A stretch of 64,000 nucleotides of DNA from an uncultured bacterium (GCA_937864235.1 CALMJI010000018.1:73955-137954), one strand, 5' to 3'. Shown: positions 28,896 through 39,342, numbered from the stretch's first letter. Numbers and translations are program-made. The notes: generated by a model from the sequence alone, not told the origin.

Positions 28896-29150
28896 GTCCT
28901 AAAATTCCCCTCTTTTGGCAATCCGCCTACCTACGGCAGGTAAACCTTGGGAGGAGAGGGGTGGACAGCTTCGCTGGACGGGGTGGAGTATTTTATACTT
29001 TTCTCTTGCCCTTCTGTCCCCCTTTGCCTGCCTGCGGTAGGCAGGGAGGGGGTGCCTGCAAGGTGGGGGTGGATGTTCTCTTTCTGTTCCCCAGTGGACT
29101 ACCCCTTCCCTCCCCTTTTACGATAAAAAGAATACCCAAGATAGCCATTG
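28893..29150. repeat. GC-rich modular intergenic repeat
   Basis: Modules shared with 27375-27680. Confidence 0.8.
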
Positions 29151-29153
29151 AAA

Positions 29154-30806
29154 TTATTTTATATCCTTAAAATAATTTATAGTCTTTTGCAAACGATTTA
29201 ATCTTTCTTTTTTTTCATCATCTAATGTATCAAGATCAATATCTTTAATCTGACTCTGTATATCTTTATAAAAATTATCATCCAACTTGTAAATTTGTTT
29301 TAATAAGACTATAGTGTTATTTATTTCTATTTTATCAATTTTATTTTCATATTCTCTATTTTCTTCTGGACTTCCATTATCTACATTACTAATAATCCCC
29401 CAAAATACTTGTTTTTTCAAATACTCCTTCACATTATCTTTTACTACTCTTTTAAACCATATCAATTCCAAAACTCTTATAAATAAAATTGGGTTAATAT
29501 CTGGGACAAAAGCATTAATTAGAATATTTACTTTTCTAATATCTTTAAATTCTAATTTTTTATATGAATTATAAAATACCTTTTCTTTCCAAGTCTCATA
29601 TATATATTCTAACATTATATTAAGCCAATAATATGTGATTTTATTATCTTCTTCTGATTGTAAATTAGATAAATTAATTTGCCACTTTATATCTGACTTA
29701 ATCCAGTGATAGTTTAAGACATCCTTTGCAATAAACTCATCCTTTGAACTCAATATCTCTGTAATTACTCTTTGTCCAAAATATTTGAAAAATTCCAAGT
29801 ATTCCTTATTCTCTCCTTTGAGCTGAACAACTTTGTCTTTATGTCCCTGAATATGTCTATCCAAAGACTCAAAAAAATCTATTGTAGCAGAGACTGGATG
29901 TGGATCTTGTAGAGACTTCTGTAAAATTTTGATCAGAATCTCCTCAGAAATCCTATATATCTCATATAATTCAATACTTTTACTTGCATTATCTTCATTT
30001 TCAGCAGACTCTTGATATTGATACCAAAAACTATAACTGTATTCAAATAGTTTGGTGATAAATTTTTTATTTTGATACTTAAAATTAATCTTGGCAATAT
30101 TATGATAGATAATATTTAATAGTTTATAAATACTTTGATATTCATTTGTTTTAATATATTTATTTACTTGACCTAATATTAGTTCCATAAAGCTTTTCTC
30201 TTCTTCAAAATTCCAGTCTGCAAAACCTTCACCATCACTTTGATATGACTGTTTTTCTATGTTTGCTTTATCATTTGGAATTGCATTAAAGATGTCATTA
30301 ATATTATCTATAAATGATTTATCTTCTTTTTTTATAATATCAAGCCAGTACTTTGTTTTATTAGTGCTATTAATATATTTGCCAGATTCATCTATAGAAT
30401 ATACTAAAAAAACATTAGCCCCAACCCATAAAATCAAACCAATAAGTTTTAAGTAAATATAATCAATATCTACTAATATTACTGAAATTATTGTAATAAC
30501 AATAATACAAATATTTGATCTTACATTAAAGATTTCTGAGAAGATAACTCTTAACTCAATATTGAAACTGGGTTTTTCTTTTTTACTCAATATTGACTCT
30601 ATAATTGAGATAGCGATTGGTATATATAAGCTATAAAGTAGCATTGTCCCTCCTTGTAATAATTGTGATATGTTATTCATTTTATCATTTATCATTAAAG
30701 TAAATATATATCCTCCAATCCACCAAAGAATACAAATAAATATAATTACAATATTAACAATATATATATACTTCTTAGTTGCTCTATCTTGATCTCTATA
30801 GTTCAT
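29154..30806 (-). CDS. hypothetical membrane-anchored protein (last gene of the glycan operon)
   Basis: 550 aa, about 4 N-terminal TM helices then a helical soluble region; extremely AT-rich. Confidence 0.4.
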   Translation of the reverse strand: MNYRDQDRATKKYIYIVNIVIIFICILWWIGGYIFTLMINDKMNNISQLLQGGTMLLYSLYIPIAISIIESILSKKEKPSFNIELRVIFSEIFNVRSNICIIVITIISVILVDIDYIYLKLIGLILWVGANVFLVYSIDESGKYINSTNKTKYWLDIIKKEDKSFIDNINDIFNAIPNDKANIEKQSYQSDGEGFADWNFEEEKSFMELILGQVNKYIKTNEYQSIYKLLNIIYHNIAKINFKYQNKKFITKLFEYSYSFWYQYQESAENEDNASKSIELYEIYRISEEILIKILQKSLQDPHPVSATIDFFESLDRHIQGHKDKVVQLKGENKEYLEFFKYFGQRVITEILSSKDEFIAKDVLNYHWIKSDIKWQINLSNLQSEEDNKITYYWLNIMLEYIYETWKEKVFYNSYKKLEFKDIRKVNILINAFVPDINPILFIRVLELIWFKRVVKDNVKEYLKKQVFWGIISNVDNGSPEENREYENKIDKIEINNTIVLLKQIYKLDDNFYKDIQSQIKDIDLDTLDDEKKERLNRLQKTINYFKDIK

Positions 30807-30825
30807 CTAAATATTCTTCATAACA

Positions 30826-33105
30826 TCAGAATTTTTTTATAGCAGCCCTCATTTTTTTACGGCTCAAGTTATAGCCAATATATCCAAGGCTTAACACCAA
30901 AGTAGTGCCAGAAATTGTATATAGTATATTATTGTATCTAATAGGTTCAAATACTAAATCTAGTTCTAAATTAATACTTCCATCTTGATTAAGAGTATAT
31001 CCTTGATTATTCTTTATAATATCTTCATAGTTAATATAAAAACTATTTGCATAATCAAATTTTTTTGTGTTTTTAAAGATATTATAATCTATATCCTTAT
31101 TAGATAATCTCCACATTTTATGATATATGTCTAAGAAATTAAGATATGAATCAGATTTTAAATTTTCTATATAAATTTTATAATGTCCTTCATTAATTCT
31201 TTCATATGTAATATTATCATTATATTCTCTACTCAATTCATTCAAACTATCACTAAGATGAATTTTATTATAAGAATAGTCTTTATTGATATTATATAAT
31301 GAGTATCTACCAAAATCTCTAACCTTATCACCTAATAATTTATCTTTTATCTCTTGCTGTACCGCATACAAGTCTCCTGATGATCTGTAGCTATAAACAT
31401 AACTATCTTTAATTTCAGTAGGTAAGTCATTATAAACAATAATATAATTTACATTCATCTTAGCAAAAAAATTCAATAAATGTTCATAATCTTTATTTAA
31501 TATTTTATCTCCAATATTTTCACCCTGTGATAAAAATCCTAATATCCCAGTAAAATCAGTTTTATTAGACACAACCTTAAGTGGCGACACCCCAAAATAA
31601 AACCCATTTTTATTACTCACATCCTGAATGAATACATAATTAGCTTTATTTAATGGATACCATAAATACTTACCATTATTATCCTCATTGTCTTTTATAA
31701 AATTAGCCAAATCTATAAAATCGCTATTAAGTTCATTTACTTTTGGATATATATTTTGTGTTGTCCATATAGGTAGATTAAAGTAATCACCTCTGAAAAA
31801 AGGTATAGAATTTAATAGTATGACTAGAATAAATATAAAATAAAGTATATTTTTATAAAAAATTTTTAGATCAGCTATTATATATAATGATATAGCAAAT
31901 AAAAATGCATATATAAATGCCATTGATATAGCAAATTTATCATACATATTTCTAAAGAGTGTAAATAGAGGGATTTTTTCACTCAAGAATATAAATATAT
32001 TTATACCCTCTTTCCCAATATTAGCCGTATATAAATATAGTATTATTAAAAATATTAATAAAGAATAAATATATATAGTATGTTTTTTTATTTTTGCTCT
32101 AAAAAATATTATAGGGGCTAAGATTATTATTAAATAGATATAATTAAAGTTAAAAAACTTTAGATGCCATCCCTCATAGATTGATAATGTGTTCCAAGAA
32201 AAATCTTTTTGTATAGAATAATGTGGCAAATTTAATAATGGATATAATACATTATTATTTTTTGAAACCGATATTATTGTATTTTTATTTGCTTCTATAA
32301 ATTCCTGAGAAGTTAGAGAATTAACTATATCATTATCTTTAATATCATTATTTCTAGAGTTTAGTAGATGATATATCCAATATATATTTAACAATAATAA
32401 TATTATTATGAATATGAATAGGTGCTTGAGAAATATTTTATAATCTTTTTTAATTAAATATATAATTACTGGTAAAGATGTAATTGTTAAAGCCAAAGCC
32501 CATGGCACAGACAATATCAAAGTACTAAATATACTTAGTATTATTGTACTAAGTAAGGTATAAATATATTTGTTTTCAAGAACTCCTTTAGAAAATATAT
32601 ATAAAACTATAGGGAATATTGATATAAAATATATTGCGAATAATTGATTACCCCAACCCGATATAAAAGTAAATGTAGAAAATATATACATTAATGAGGA
32701 TATAGACTTAATGTATATGTTTTTTATATTAGTTGTTTTAATAAATATCCCAAGTAATAAGTACATGCCTAAAAAACCAAAAGCTAGGTTTAGCGACAAC
32801 ATTAAATACTGTATATTTACAGCTCCAAAAGATATAGTTTTAATAATATATATTAAAAATGAAAAAGATAGTATGTAGGATTGGGGGAAATAAAATCCTA
32901 AGCCACCTATATTATTTTCAGATATAATTGATGTAGTAAAGTTTTTAAAATATTCATACGGATACATATAATATAATCTTCCATCATCACCCCCAACAAA
33001 GTAGTCTTTTCCCCAAAATAAAATAGGTATTAATATTAAACATAAAAATACAAAAGTAATAGAAAAAACTTCTATCTTAGCTATTTTTTTGCTATCACCA
33101 AACAT
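30826..33105 (-). CDS. large polytopic membrane protein (putative polysaccharide polymerase / membrane glycosyltransferase)
   Basis: 759 aa, more than 12 TM helices, embedded in the glycosyltransferase operon. Confidence 0.45.
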   Translation of the reverse strand: MFGDSKKIAKIEVFSITFVFLCLILIPILFWGKDYFVGGDDGRLYYMYPYEYFKNFTTSIISENNIGGLGFYFPQSYILSFSFLIYIIKTISFGAVNIQYLMLSLNLAFGFLGMYLLLGIFIKTTNIKNIYIKSISSLMYIFSTFTFISGWGNQLFAIYFISIFPIVLYIFSKGVLENKYIYTLLSTIILSIFSTLILSVPWALALTITSLPVIIYLIKKDYKIFLKHLFIFIIILLLLNIYWIYHLLNSRNNDIKDNDIVNSLTSQEFIEANKNTIISVSKNNNVLYPLLNLPHYSIQKDFSWNTLSIYEGWHLKFFNFNYIYLIIILAPIIFFRAKIKKHTIYIYSLLIFLIILYLYTANIGKEGINIFIFLSEKIPLFTLFRNMYDKFAISMAFIYAFLFAISLYIIADLKIFYKNILYFIFILVILLNSIPFFRGDYFNLPIWTTQNIYPKVNELNSDFIDLANFIKDNEDNNGKYLWYPLNKANYVFIQDVSNKNGFYFGVSPLKVVSNKTDFTGILGFLSQGENIGDKILNKDYEHLLNFFAKMNVNYIIVYNDLPTEIKDSYVYSYRSSGDLYAVQQEIKDKLLGDKVRDFGRYSLYNINKDYSYNKIHLSDSLNELSREYNDNITYERINEGHYKIYIENLKSDSYLNFLDIYHKMWRLSNKDIDYNIFKNTKKFDYANSFYINYEDIIKNNQGYTLNQDGSINLELDLVFEPIRYNNILYTISGTTLVLSLGYIGYNLSRKKMRAAIKKF

Positions 33106-33734
33106 GTAGATATAAGATTTTTAAATGGTAAAAATAACGGAATTCTAAAATTTAAATTCTTATTTATTCTCCATAAATATGGAAGATATGTCATGGGATA
33201 TAGTTTTACATCTGAGAATCTATTATTCTTAAATATCCTCTCCCAATTTAAAGGATGTAATACAGATACATGAGTATCATCCGCTAAAATATTTTTTTTA
33301 TATGGATATGGAGTTGTCCCTATAAAGAAAGACTCCTGTTTTTCATCTAGTAAATTATATATATTTTTAACTGCCAAAGAAGGGTTCTCTAAATGCTCTA
33401 AAACTTCAAAAGCAAATATATATTTATATCTATTTTTTGTATTTAAATCTTCAATTCTACTATTTTTAAAAACATTTGTTTTAAAAAATAAATTAGATTC
33501 ATTGACTACTTCTTTATCTACTTCAATACCTTCATATTGATTTGGTTTGTCTAAAATATTATACCACCCTCCAAAACCAGAGCCTATTTCTAAAATATTT
33601 TTACTTTTATCTATATTTAGATTATTATTTATAAATCTATATTGTGCAGACATCCATTTACAATAATCATCAATATCTTTCTGTGTAAAAGTATATTTAT
33701 AATGTTTTTTAAAATAACCCTTATAATTTTCCAT
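33081..33734 (-). CDS. class I SAM-dependent methyltransferase
   Basis: Motif I ILEIGSGFGGW and post-I acidic residue. Confidence 0.7.
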   Translation of the reverse strand: MENYKGYFKKHYKYTFTQKDIDDYCKWMSAQYRFINNNLNIDKSKNILEIGSGFGGWYNILDKPNQYEGIEVDKEVVNESNLFFKTNVFKNSRIEDLNTKNRYKYIFAFEVLEHLENPSLAVKNIYNLLDEKQESFFIGTTPYPYKKNILADDTHVSVLHPLNWERIFKNNRFSDVKLYPMTYLPYLWRINKNLNFRIPLFLPFKNLISTCLVIAKK

Positions 33735-33736
33735 AA

Positions 33737-34774
33737 TTAATTAATATCTTTATAATCACCTAATTTCCCGTTTAGTAATTTTATGTAATAATCTAGATTT
33801 GGCTCTCTTAAAAGGTATTTGTTAATTTTTTTATCAGATAGTTTTCTATTTGCTTGTATTTCTAATCTTTTTTTAATATTCTTATTTATATGTAAAATAT
33901 TCCACCAAACAGCCTTATATAGGGCTAAAAAATGCTTATTTTTTCCCTTTACCAACCAAAACAAAGATAATCCTATCATTATAATAAGATGAATAAACAA
34001 TACATAAAATAAATAAAAACCACTAAAATTTTTTATAAATGACATTATTTTATTTTTAAAATTATGAAACTGAATTACATGGTTATTAAATTTTGAAGAA
34101 GTACCCTTTTCTGCATGATAGCATGTTGAGACAGGATAATACCAACACTCATATCCACTAATCCACATTCTGTGATTTAAGTCGGTTTCTTCGTAATATG
34201 CCCAGAAATCATCATCAAAAGCTCCTATTTCATCTAAAACAGATTTTCTCATAAACACTGAAGCTGCTTTAGTGGAAAACACCTTGTATGTCTGATTATA
34301 TTTTTCTAAGTCAGCTGATTTATTAGATCCATAATGATATAATAAAGTAGAGTTAGACCAAAAACTACCAGCTGAATCAATTTTATTATCCTCATTCATA
34401 AGCTGAATTTTTGTTTGTATTGTAGCAATTTTATCAGACTTTTCAAAAAACTTAATGGTTTTTTCTATAATATCTTTCTCTACCCAAGTATCATTATTTA
34501 GTAAATATAAATATTCACCTTTGGCTTCTTTTATACCGATATTATTTCCGCCTGCAAAACCAGAATTTTCTTTATGTTTTATAATTTTAATTCTTTTGTC
34601 TTTATAATTTGTTTCTAAAAAATCTATACTATCGTCACTAGAGTTATTATCTACAAAGATAATTTCAAAGTTTTTGTATGTTTGATTTAATAAAGAATCG
34701 AAACATTTCTTTAGCCACTTCTGACCGTTGAAATTAACTATTATCACCGATACTAATGGGTCTGCTTTACTCAC
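33737..34774 (-). CDS. family 2 glycosyltransferase
   Basis: VSVIIVNFNGQKWLKKCFDSLLNQTY...DNNSSDDS GT2 signature. Confidence 0.8.
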   Translation of the reverse strand: MSKADPLVSVIIVNFNGQKWLKKCFDSLLNQTYKNFEIIFVDNNSSDDSIDFLETNYKDKRIKIIKHKENSGFAGGNNIGIKEAKGEYLYLLNNDTWVEKDIIEKTIKFFEKSDKIATIQTKIQLMNEDNKIDSAGSFWSNSTLLYHYGSNKSADLEKYNQTYKVFSTKAASVFMRKSVLDEIGAFDDDFWAYYEETDLNHRMWISGYECWYYPVSTCYHAEKGTSSKFNNHVIQFHNFKNKIMSFIKNFSGFYLFYVLFIHLIIMIGLSLFWLVKGKNKHFLALYKAVWWNILHINKNIKKRLEIQANRKLSDKKINKYLLREPNLDYYIKLLNGKLGDYKDIN

Positions 34775-34783
34775 AAAAATGTT

Positions 34784-35884
34784 TTAATTAATAATTTTTA
34801 TAAAATCTTTATAACTTTGTTCAAAAGTTATAGTTTTACTAAATTTATGACCTTCTTGTCTTAGTTTAGCATATAATTTTTGATCTGAGAATAGTTTGGT
34901 TATGTTTTGGGCTAGATTTGCTGGAGTGTTGGTGCTACAGACTAATCCTGTCTGATTATGGATGACTGAGTCTCTGAGACCGTCTACATCATAGACTATG
35001 GCTGGGGTGCCTTGTGAATTGGCTTCCGTGACTATAAGTCCCCATCCTTCTTTGACTGAGGTGACTAGGATTATATGGGATTGTTGCATTAATTCTATTT
35101 TCTTTTGTTTGGAGACTTTGCCTAGATATTGTATGTCTTTTTTGTATTCGGATTTTTGTATTTCTTGTAAAAATTCTTGTCCATAGGGATCATTGCTATC
35201 TCCTGCTATTAACAGTTCTAGATTTGGTATGGATTGTTTGGCTAGATTATAGGCTTGGAGTATGTCTTTGGTTCTTTTCATGGCTCGTATTGAACCTAGG
35301 CTTAGTATTGTGGGGTTGGGGTATTTGGTGATTGTGTCTAAGTTGTCTACTGGTTCTATTTCTATTCCTTCGCTGATTATTTGGATATCTTTGAATCCTA
35401 ATTTTTGTAATTCTTGCTTGGTGCTATTGGAGATGGTGATGACTTTTATATCATTTAGTAGTCTTAGGTAAATTGGTTCTATGATATACCCGATCCAGTT
35501 CAATGGGAAAAACATCTGATAAAACCATATTTCTCGACAGAGTTGATGGATGAATAGGATGTTTTTTTCTTTTACATAAAATTTAGCAAAAAATGGGACA
35601 GTGTTGATTTCATCTATTACTAAATCTGCCCAGCCTTTGAGATGTTTCTGATAATATTGGTAGGCCTGCCAATATACTGTCCATCTCCCGCCTACTCGGA
35701 TTATTTCATAGCCGTCTATAACTTCTCTTGCTTCTGCCCCTGTGTAACCTCCTACTATTAGTTTGACTTGGTGCCCGTCTTGTACTAGTCTTTTGGCTAA
35801 TTCTTCATTGACTATTTCAGCTCCTCCTGTGAGAGGATTTTTTTTATCTTTCCATGTGAGCCAGAGAATCTTTTTCTTTTTCAT
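34784..35884 (-). CDS. family 4 (GT-B) glycosyltransferase
   Basis: EGWGLIVTEANSQGTPAIV E-X7-E-like motif. Confidence 0.8.
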   Translation of the reverse strand: MKKKKILWLTWKDKKNPLTGGAEIVNEELAKRLVQDGHQVKLIVGGYTGAEAREVIDGYEIIRVGGRWTVYWQAYQYYQKHLKGWADLVIDEINTVPFFAKFYVKEKNILFIHQLCREIWFYQMFFPLNWIGYIIEPIYLRLLNDIKVITISNSTKQELQKLGFKDIQIISEGIEIEPVDNLDTITKYPNPTILSLGSIRAMKRTKDILQAYNLAKQSIPNLELLIAGDSNDPYGQEFLQEIQKSEYKKDIQYLGKVSKQKKIELMQQSHIILVTSVKEGWGLIVTEANSQGTPAIVYDVDGLRDSVIHNQTGLVCSTNTPANLAQNITKLFSDQKLYAKLRQEGHKFSKTITFEQSYKDFIKIIN

Positions 35885-35892
35885 AAATTTAT

Positions 35893-36816
35893 CTATCCTC
35901 TACTCTTAAAGTATTCTACAGTTTGGAGTAGGCCTTGTTGTAGATTGGTTTGGGGTTGCCAGTTGATAGCTTGGTGGATTTTGTCGTATGAGAGGCAACT
36001 ATGTTGTTGTTCTCCTAGTTTGGCTTCTCTATTTTGTCTGGTGATGGTGGTACTGGTGAGTTGATGTAGGATATCAAAGATTTGGTTGATATTGGTTTGG
36101 GTGGCGGTGGCTATATTGTAGCTTCCTGAGAGGTCGCCTAGTATGGCTTGGATATTGGCTTCTACTACGTCTTGTACGTATACAAAGTCTCGGGTGTTGT
36201 TGCCGTCTCCGTTTATATAGCATTGTTGGTTTTGGAGCATTTTGCTGATGAATAGGGCGATGACTCCGGCTTCTCCTTGGGTGTTTTGTCTTGGGCCGTA
36301 GACATTGGAGTATCTAAGGGCGGTGTAATCTATATTATAGATAGTTTTGTAGTAGTGGGCGTATTTTTCCATTACTAATTTGGCTATGCCATAGGGTGAG
36401 ATAGGGTCGGTGGGATGTGTCTCTGGGGTTGGGAGCATGTCTGTGTCTCCGTATATGGCTCCACCTGAGGAGGCGAAGACTACTTTTTTGACTCCGTTTT
36501 TGTGGGCGGCTTCGAATAGGTTGATGGTGCCGATTATGTTGACTTGCGCGTCGTATTGTGGGTCTTGAACTGATTTTCTGACGTCTAGTTGGGCTGCTTG
36601 ATGGCAGATGACTTCGATTTGATGTTGTTGTATTATTTTGTTGACTTGTTCTGCATTGGTGATGTCTTCTTGATAAAAGACTGCTTGGGGGTTGATAAGA
36701 TCTGTCTGTCCTGTGACTAGGTTATCTATGATGATGACTTGATGTCCCTTGGCGATGAGTTGGTCTACTATATGTGAGCCGATGAATCCTGCTCCTCCTG
36801 TGACTAGTATGTTCAT
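35893..36816 (-). CDS. NAD-dependent epimerase/dehydratase (UDP-sugar 4-epimerase-like)
   Basis: TGGAGFIGSH Rossmann motif and YxxxK catalytic pair (SPYGIAK). Confidence 0.85.
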   Translation of the reverse strand: MNILVTGGAGFIGSHIVDQLIAKGHQVIIIDNLVTGQTDLINPQAVFYQEDITNAEQVNKIIQQHQIEVICHQAAQLDVRKSVQDPQYDAQVNIIGTINLFEAAHKNGVKKVVFASSGGAIYGDTDMLPTPETHPTDPISPYGIAKLVMEKYAHYYKTIYNIDYTALRYSNVYGPRQNTQGEAGVIALFISKMLQNQQCYINGDGNNTRDFVYVQDVVEANIQAILGDLSGSYNIATATQTNINQIFDILHQLTSTTITRQNREAKLGEQQHSCLSYDKIHQAINWQPQTNLQQGLLQTVEYFKSRG

Positions 36817-36917
36817 ATATTTTTAGGGTTATTGTTTTATTATAGCATGGGTTGGGGTGTGTGTGAATTATAAATGGTGAATTATGAGTTTGTAGGGGCT
36901 AAAATGCAAAAGCAAAA

Positions 36918-37390
36918 CTCAATCCACCCCGTCCAGCGTAGCTGTCCACCCCTCGAGAGGGGAATTAGCTCAGTCCTACTCCGGCCTATCGGCCACCTCC
37001 CCCGAGGGAGGACAAGAGGGCAAGTTGCAAAGTACATCCACCCTCCCCCTTCGGGGACTCCCTCCTAAGGGAGACAGAAGCTCTGAAGGCCAGAAATCCA
37101 ATATTCAAAATACACTCCACCCCGTCCAGCATAGCTGTCCACCCCTCAAGAGGGGAATTTAGCTCAGGCTGCAAAATACGGTCCTCCTCCGCCGTCGCAA
37201 ATGGGATTTGCTCCTGTGAAACCTCTCGGTTTCCCAACCTTCCTCAACGGGAAAACTTCTGTTTTCCCAACCCCTTTCCCAGACTTTCAGTCTACTTCGT
37301 GCCACCTCCCCCAAGGGAGGACAAGAGGGCAAGTTGCAAAGTATCAAATACAGGCGACTGAGAGGTCGCCCCTACGAGATGGGAGGGTAG
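36918..37390. repeat. GC-rich modular intergenic repeat (about 470 bp, two tandem composite copies)
   Basis: Module set similar to 38420-38645; contains an inverted copy of the GCAAAT..ATTTGC / gtttcccaaccttcctc module seen at 24430-24540. Confidence 0.8.
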
Positions 37391-37416
37391 AAATTTTATA
37401 ATTAAAGCTTATTATA

Positions 37417-37623
37417 TTAAATAGTTTTTTTCTTAATTTTTGCCCATTTTTTCATATTGTCTTGTTGTTCTTTATTTGCAAATTCAGATACTTTTTGTAA
37501 CCAATAAAGTCGCTCTTCTAGCGGAGCTTTATTCATTATATAATCAATAGTTGGTCGTTTTTCTCGACTCTTAAAATTCAGTGATTTAGTTATATTCTTA
37601 TAAATATCTAATACTTTTTTCAT
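37417..37623 (-). CDS. small helical protein overlapping (4 nt) the 3' end of the zeta-like gene
   Basis: 68 aa; translationally coupled; weak resemblance to the 59-aa ORF at 27811-27990. Confidence 0.35.
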   Translation of the reverse strand: MKKVLDIYKNITKSLNFKSREKRPTIDYIMNKAPLEERLYWLQKVSEFANKEQQDNMKKWAKIKKKTI

Positions 37624-38324
37624 AATAATTGTTCTAATTCTTCTTTATTATATACTTTTTGTAATGCTTCATCAAGTTGTTTTATATTTGTAATTGGAAT
37701 AAGGTTAAGATTTTCAGTGGATTTTATATCTACTCGATTGAATAGTAATATTTCTACTTCTTCATTAGAAAAAGTTTCTCTTATACTTCTTACTGTTTGA
37801 TATGCTCCAATATATTTTTGGATAAAAGTTTCTTTGAGAATACGGCGACCTTCTTCTTTTTCTCTATTTTGAGTATATTGCCAAGCATATTCGGGTTGCA
37901 GGTAAATATAAATAACAGTGACTTTTCTTTGCCTTCTGAGTGATCTTATGATATTTTCTTTAGCTCTATGTTTATCTGAGAATGTGCCATCTAGGATAAA
38001 GGAGATATTTTGGTCTAAAAGCCTATCATGAATATAACTTACAAGTTTACTCATAGCTTTTTGGAAGAGATGAGAGTTATTACCTTCATATCCTGGCAAT
38101 ATAGATCGGTATAAATCTCCATCCAGATGTAAAATATTGCCATCTAATAATTCCACTACTCCCCTAGCCCATTCGGTCTTACCTGCACCGGGAGAACCTG
38201 CCATAAAAATTGAAAGTGGCACATCTACTGAAGTATAATCTAGGAGTAAATCTTTAGTGATATTTTGTTTGTGTTTGCGGATATAGTTAATAGCTTCTTG
38301 ACTAATATCTTTTTCTTTAGCCAT
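37620..38324 (-). CDS. zeta-toxin-like P-loop kinase (second paralog)
   Basis: Walker A FMAGSPGAGKTE; 234 aa. Confidence 0.65.
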   Translation of the reverse strand: MAKEKDISQEAINYIRKHKQNITKDLLLDYTSVDVPLSIFMAGSPGAGKTEWARGVVELLDGNILHLDGDLYRSILPGYEGNNSHLFQKAMSKLVSYIHDRLLDQNISFILDGTFSDKHRAKENIIRSLRRQRKVTVIYIYLQPEYAWQYTQNREKEEGRRILKETFIQKYIGAYQTVRSIRETFSNEEVEILLFNRVDIKSTENLNLIPITNIKQLDEALQKVYNKEELEQLL

Positions 38325-38419
38325 AAAATTTTGTTTATAGTTTAGTGTATGGATTTATTGTAGCATGGTTTGGGGGAAATTGGGAATTGGTGGGTTTGTA
38401 GGAGCAAAAATACAAAGAC

Positions 38420-38645
38420 AAAACTCAATCCACCCCGTCAGTCAAACCTACCACCCCTCGAGAGGGGAATTTAGCTCAAGTCCTCCTCCGTCACCTACGG
38501 TGACACCTCCCCCAAGGGAGGACAGAAAATAGAAGTCCAGAAACACATCCACCCTCCCCCTTCGGGGACTCCCTACAAAGGGAGACAAAAGCTCAGTCCA
38601 CACCCGTCGACTTCCTCGCTACCCTCGCCAGCGAGGGACAGAAAA
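38420..38645. repeat. GC-rich modular intergenic repeat
   Basis: Shares more than 100 nt with 36918-37140. Confidence 0.8.
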
Positions 38646-38659
38646 CATTCACAAATTAA

Positions 38660-38692
38660 AAAGGAGGTCTGTCTAACCTCCTTTGATTGTAG
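38660..38692 (-). terminator. rho-independent terminator for the 38697-38987 gene
   Basis: AGGAGGT...ACCTCCT hairpin followed by a T-run on the minus strand. Confidence 0.5.
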
Positions 38693-38696
38693 CTTT

Positions 38697-38987
38697 TTAT
38701 GTGACTGTGATTGGCACTCCGAGGTGTTGAAATATTTGTTCAATGGTCCAATTTTCTGGAATTTCTTTATACTCTTCTGAGACTAATTCTGTATGCTCAA
38801 TTCTTGGGGTAAGTATGTCTTTACCAAATACTGTGTATGTCTCATTAGATGACACGCATTTACAATGATACTCTTGGTCTGGTTTAGGGTGTCGACTATC
38901 AGCTTCAAATCTAACCCATATATGACTATATCCTACTACAATGCAGGCATGTATTTTATACAAAAAGCTATAAACAGGGATAATCAT
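38697..38987 (-). CDS. hypothetical protein
   Basis: 96 aa ORF with its own terminator. Confidence 0.3.
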   Translation of the reverse strand: MIIPVYSFLYKIHACIVVGYSHIWVRFEADSRHPKPDQEYHCKCVSSNETYTVFGKDILTPRIEHTELVSEEYKEIPENWTIEQIFQHLGVPITVT

Positions 38988-39051
38988 TGGCTACAATTCC
39001 CTACCTTGGGTAGGGGCGAATATGGACAATATTATTGTACAATGATATTAT

Positions 39052-39342
39052 ATGAATGTCCAATTACTCTTCTTTTTCATTATGTGCTATTATGCCATCG
39101 TCAGAGAAGAAGTAAAAGAATTGTATAATTTCGAGTGCCAACTTTGCTATACAGTTTTTGAACGTAGAAAATTACAAATACACCATATTTTAAGAAAATG
39201 TGACGGTGGTACTAATCACCACCACAACCTTATACCATTTTGTTCTGATTGCCATATCCAGGTTCATAGTGATGGGATTACACACAATAGCCGAGGTACT
39301 AGAATTATGCATCTTGCATCAAATGCTTATCTAAGGGCTTAA
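39052..39342 (+). CDS. stand-alone HNH endonuclease
   Basis: CQLCYTVF...HHILRKCDGGTNHHHNLIPFCSDCH HNH/zinc-finger signature. Confidence 0.65.
   Translation: MNVQLLFFFIMCYYAIVREEVKELYNFECQLCYTVFERRKLQIHHILRKCDGGTNHHHNLIPFCSDCHIQVHSDGITHNSRGTRIMHLASNAYLRA

Noticed and set aside
24339-29150. Possibility that the GC repeats between toxin genes are integron attC sites, or a CRISPR array
   Set aside because: The repeats are not regularly spaced and have no uniform repeat/spacer periodicity (so not CRISPR). The same modules occur throughout the window next to housekeeping genes. The toxin genes carry their own shared promoter and are not promoterless cassettes. No intI or attI is seen.
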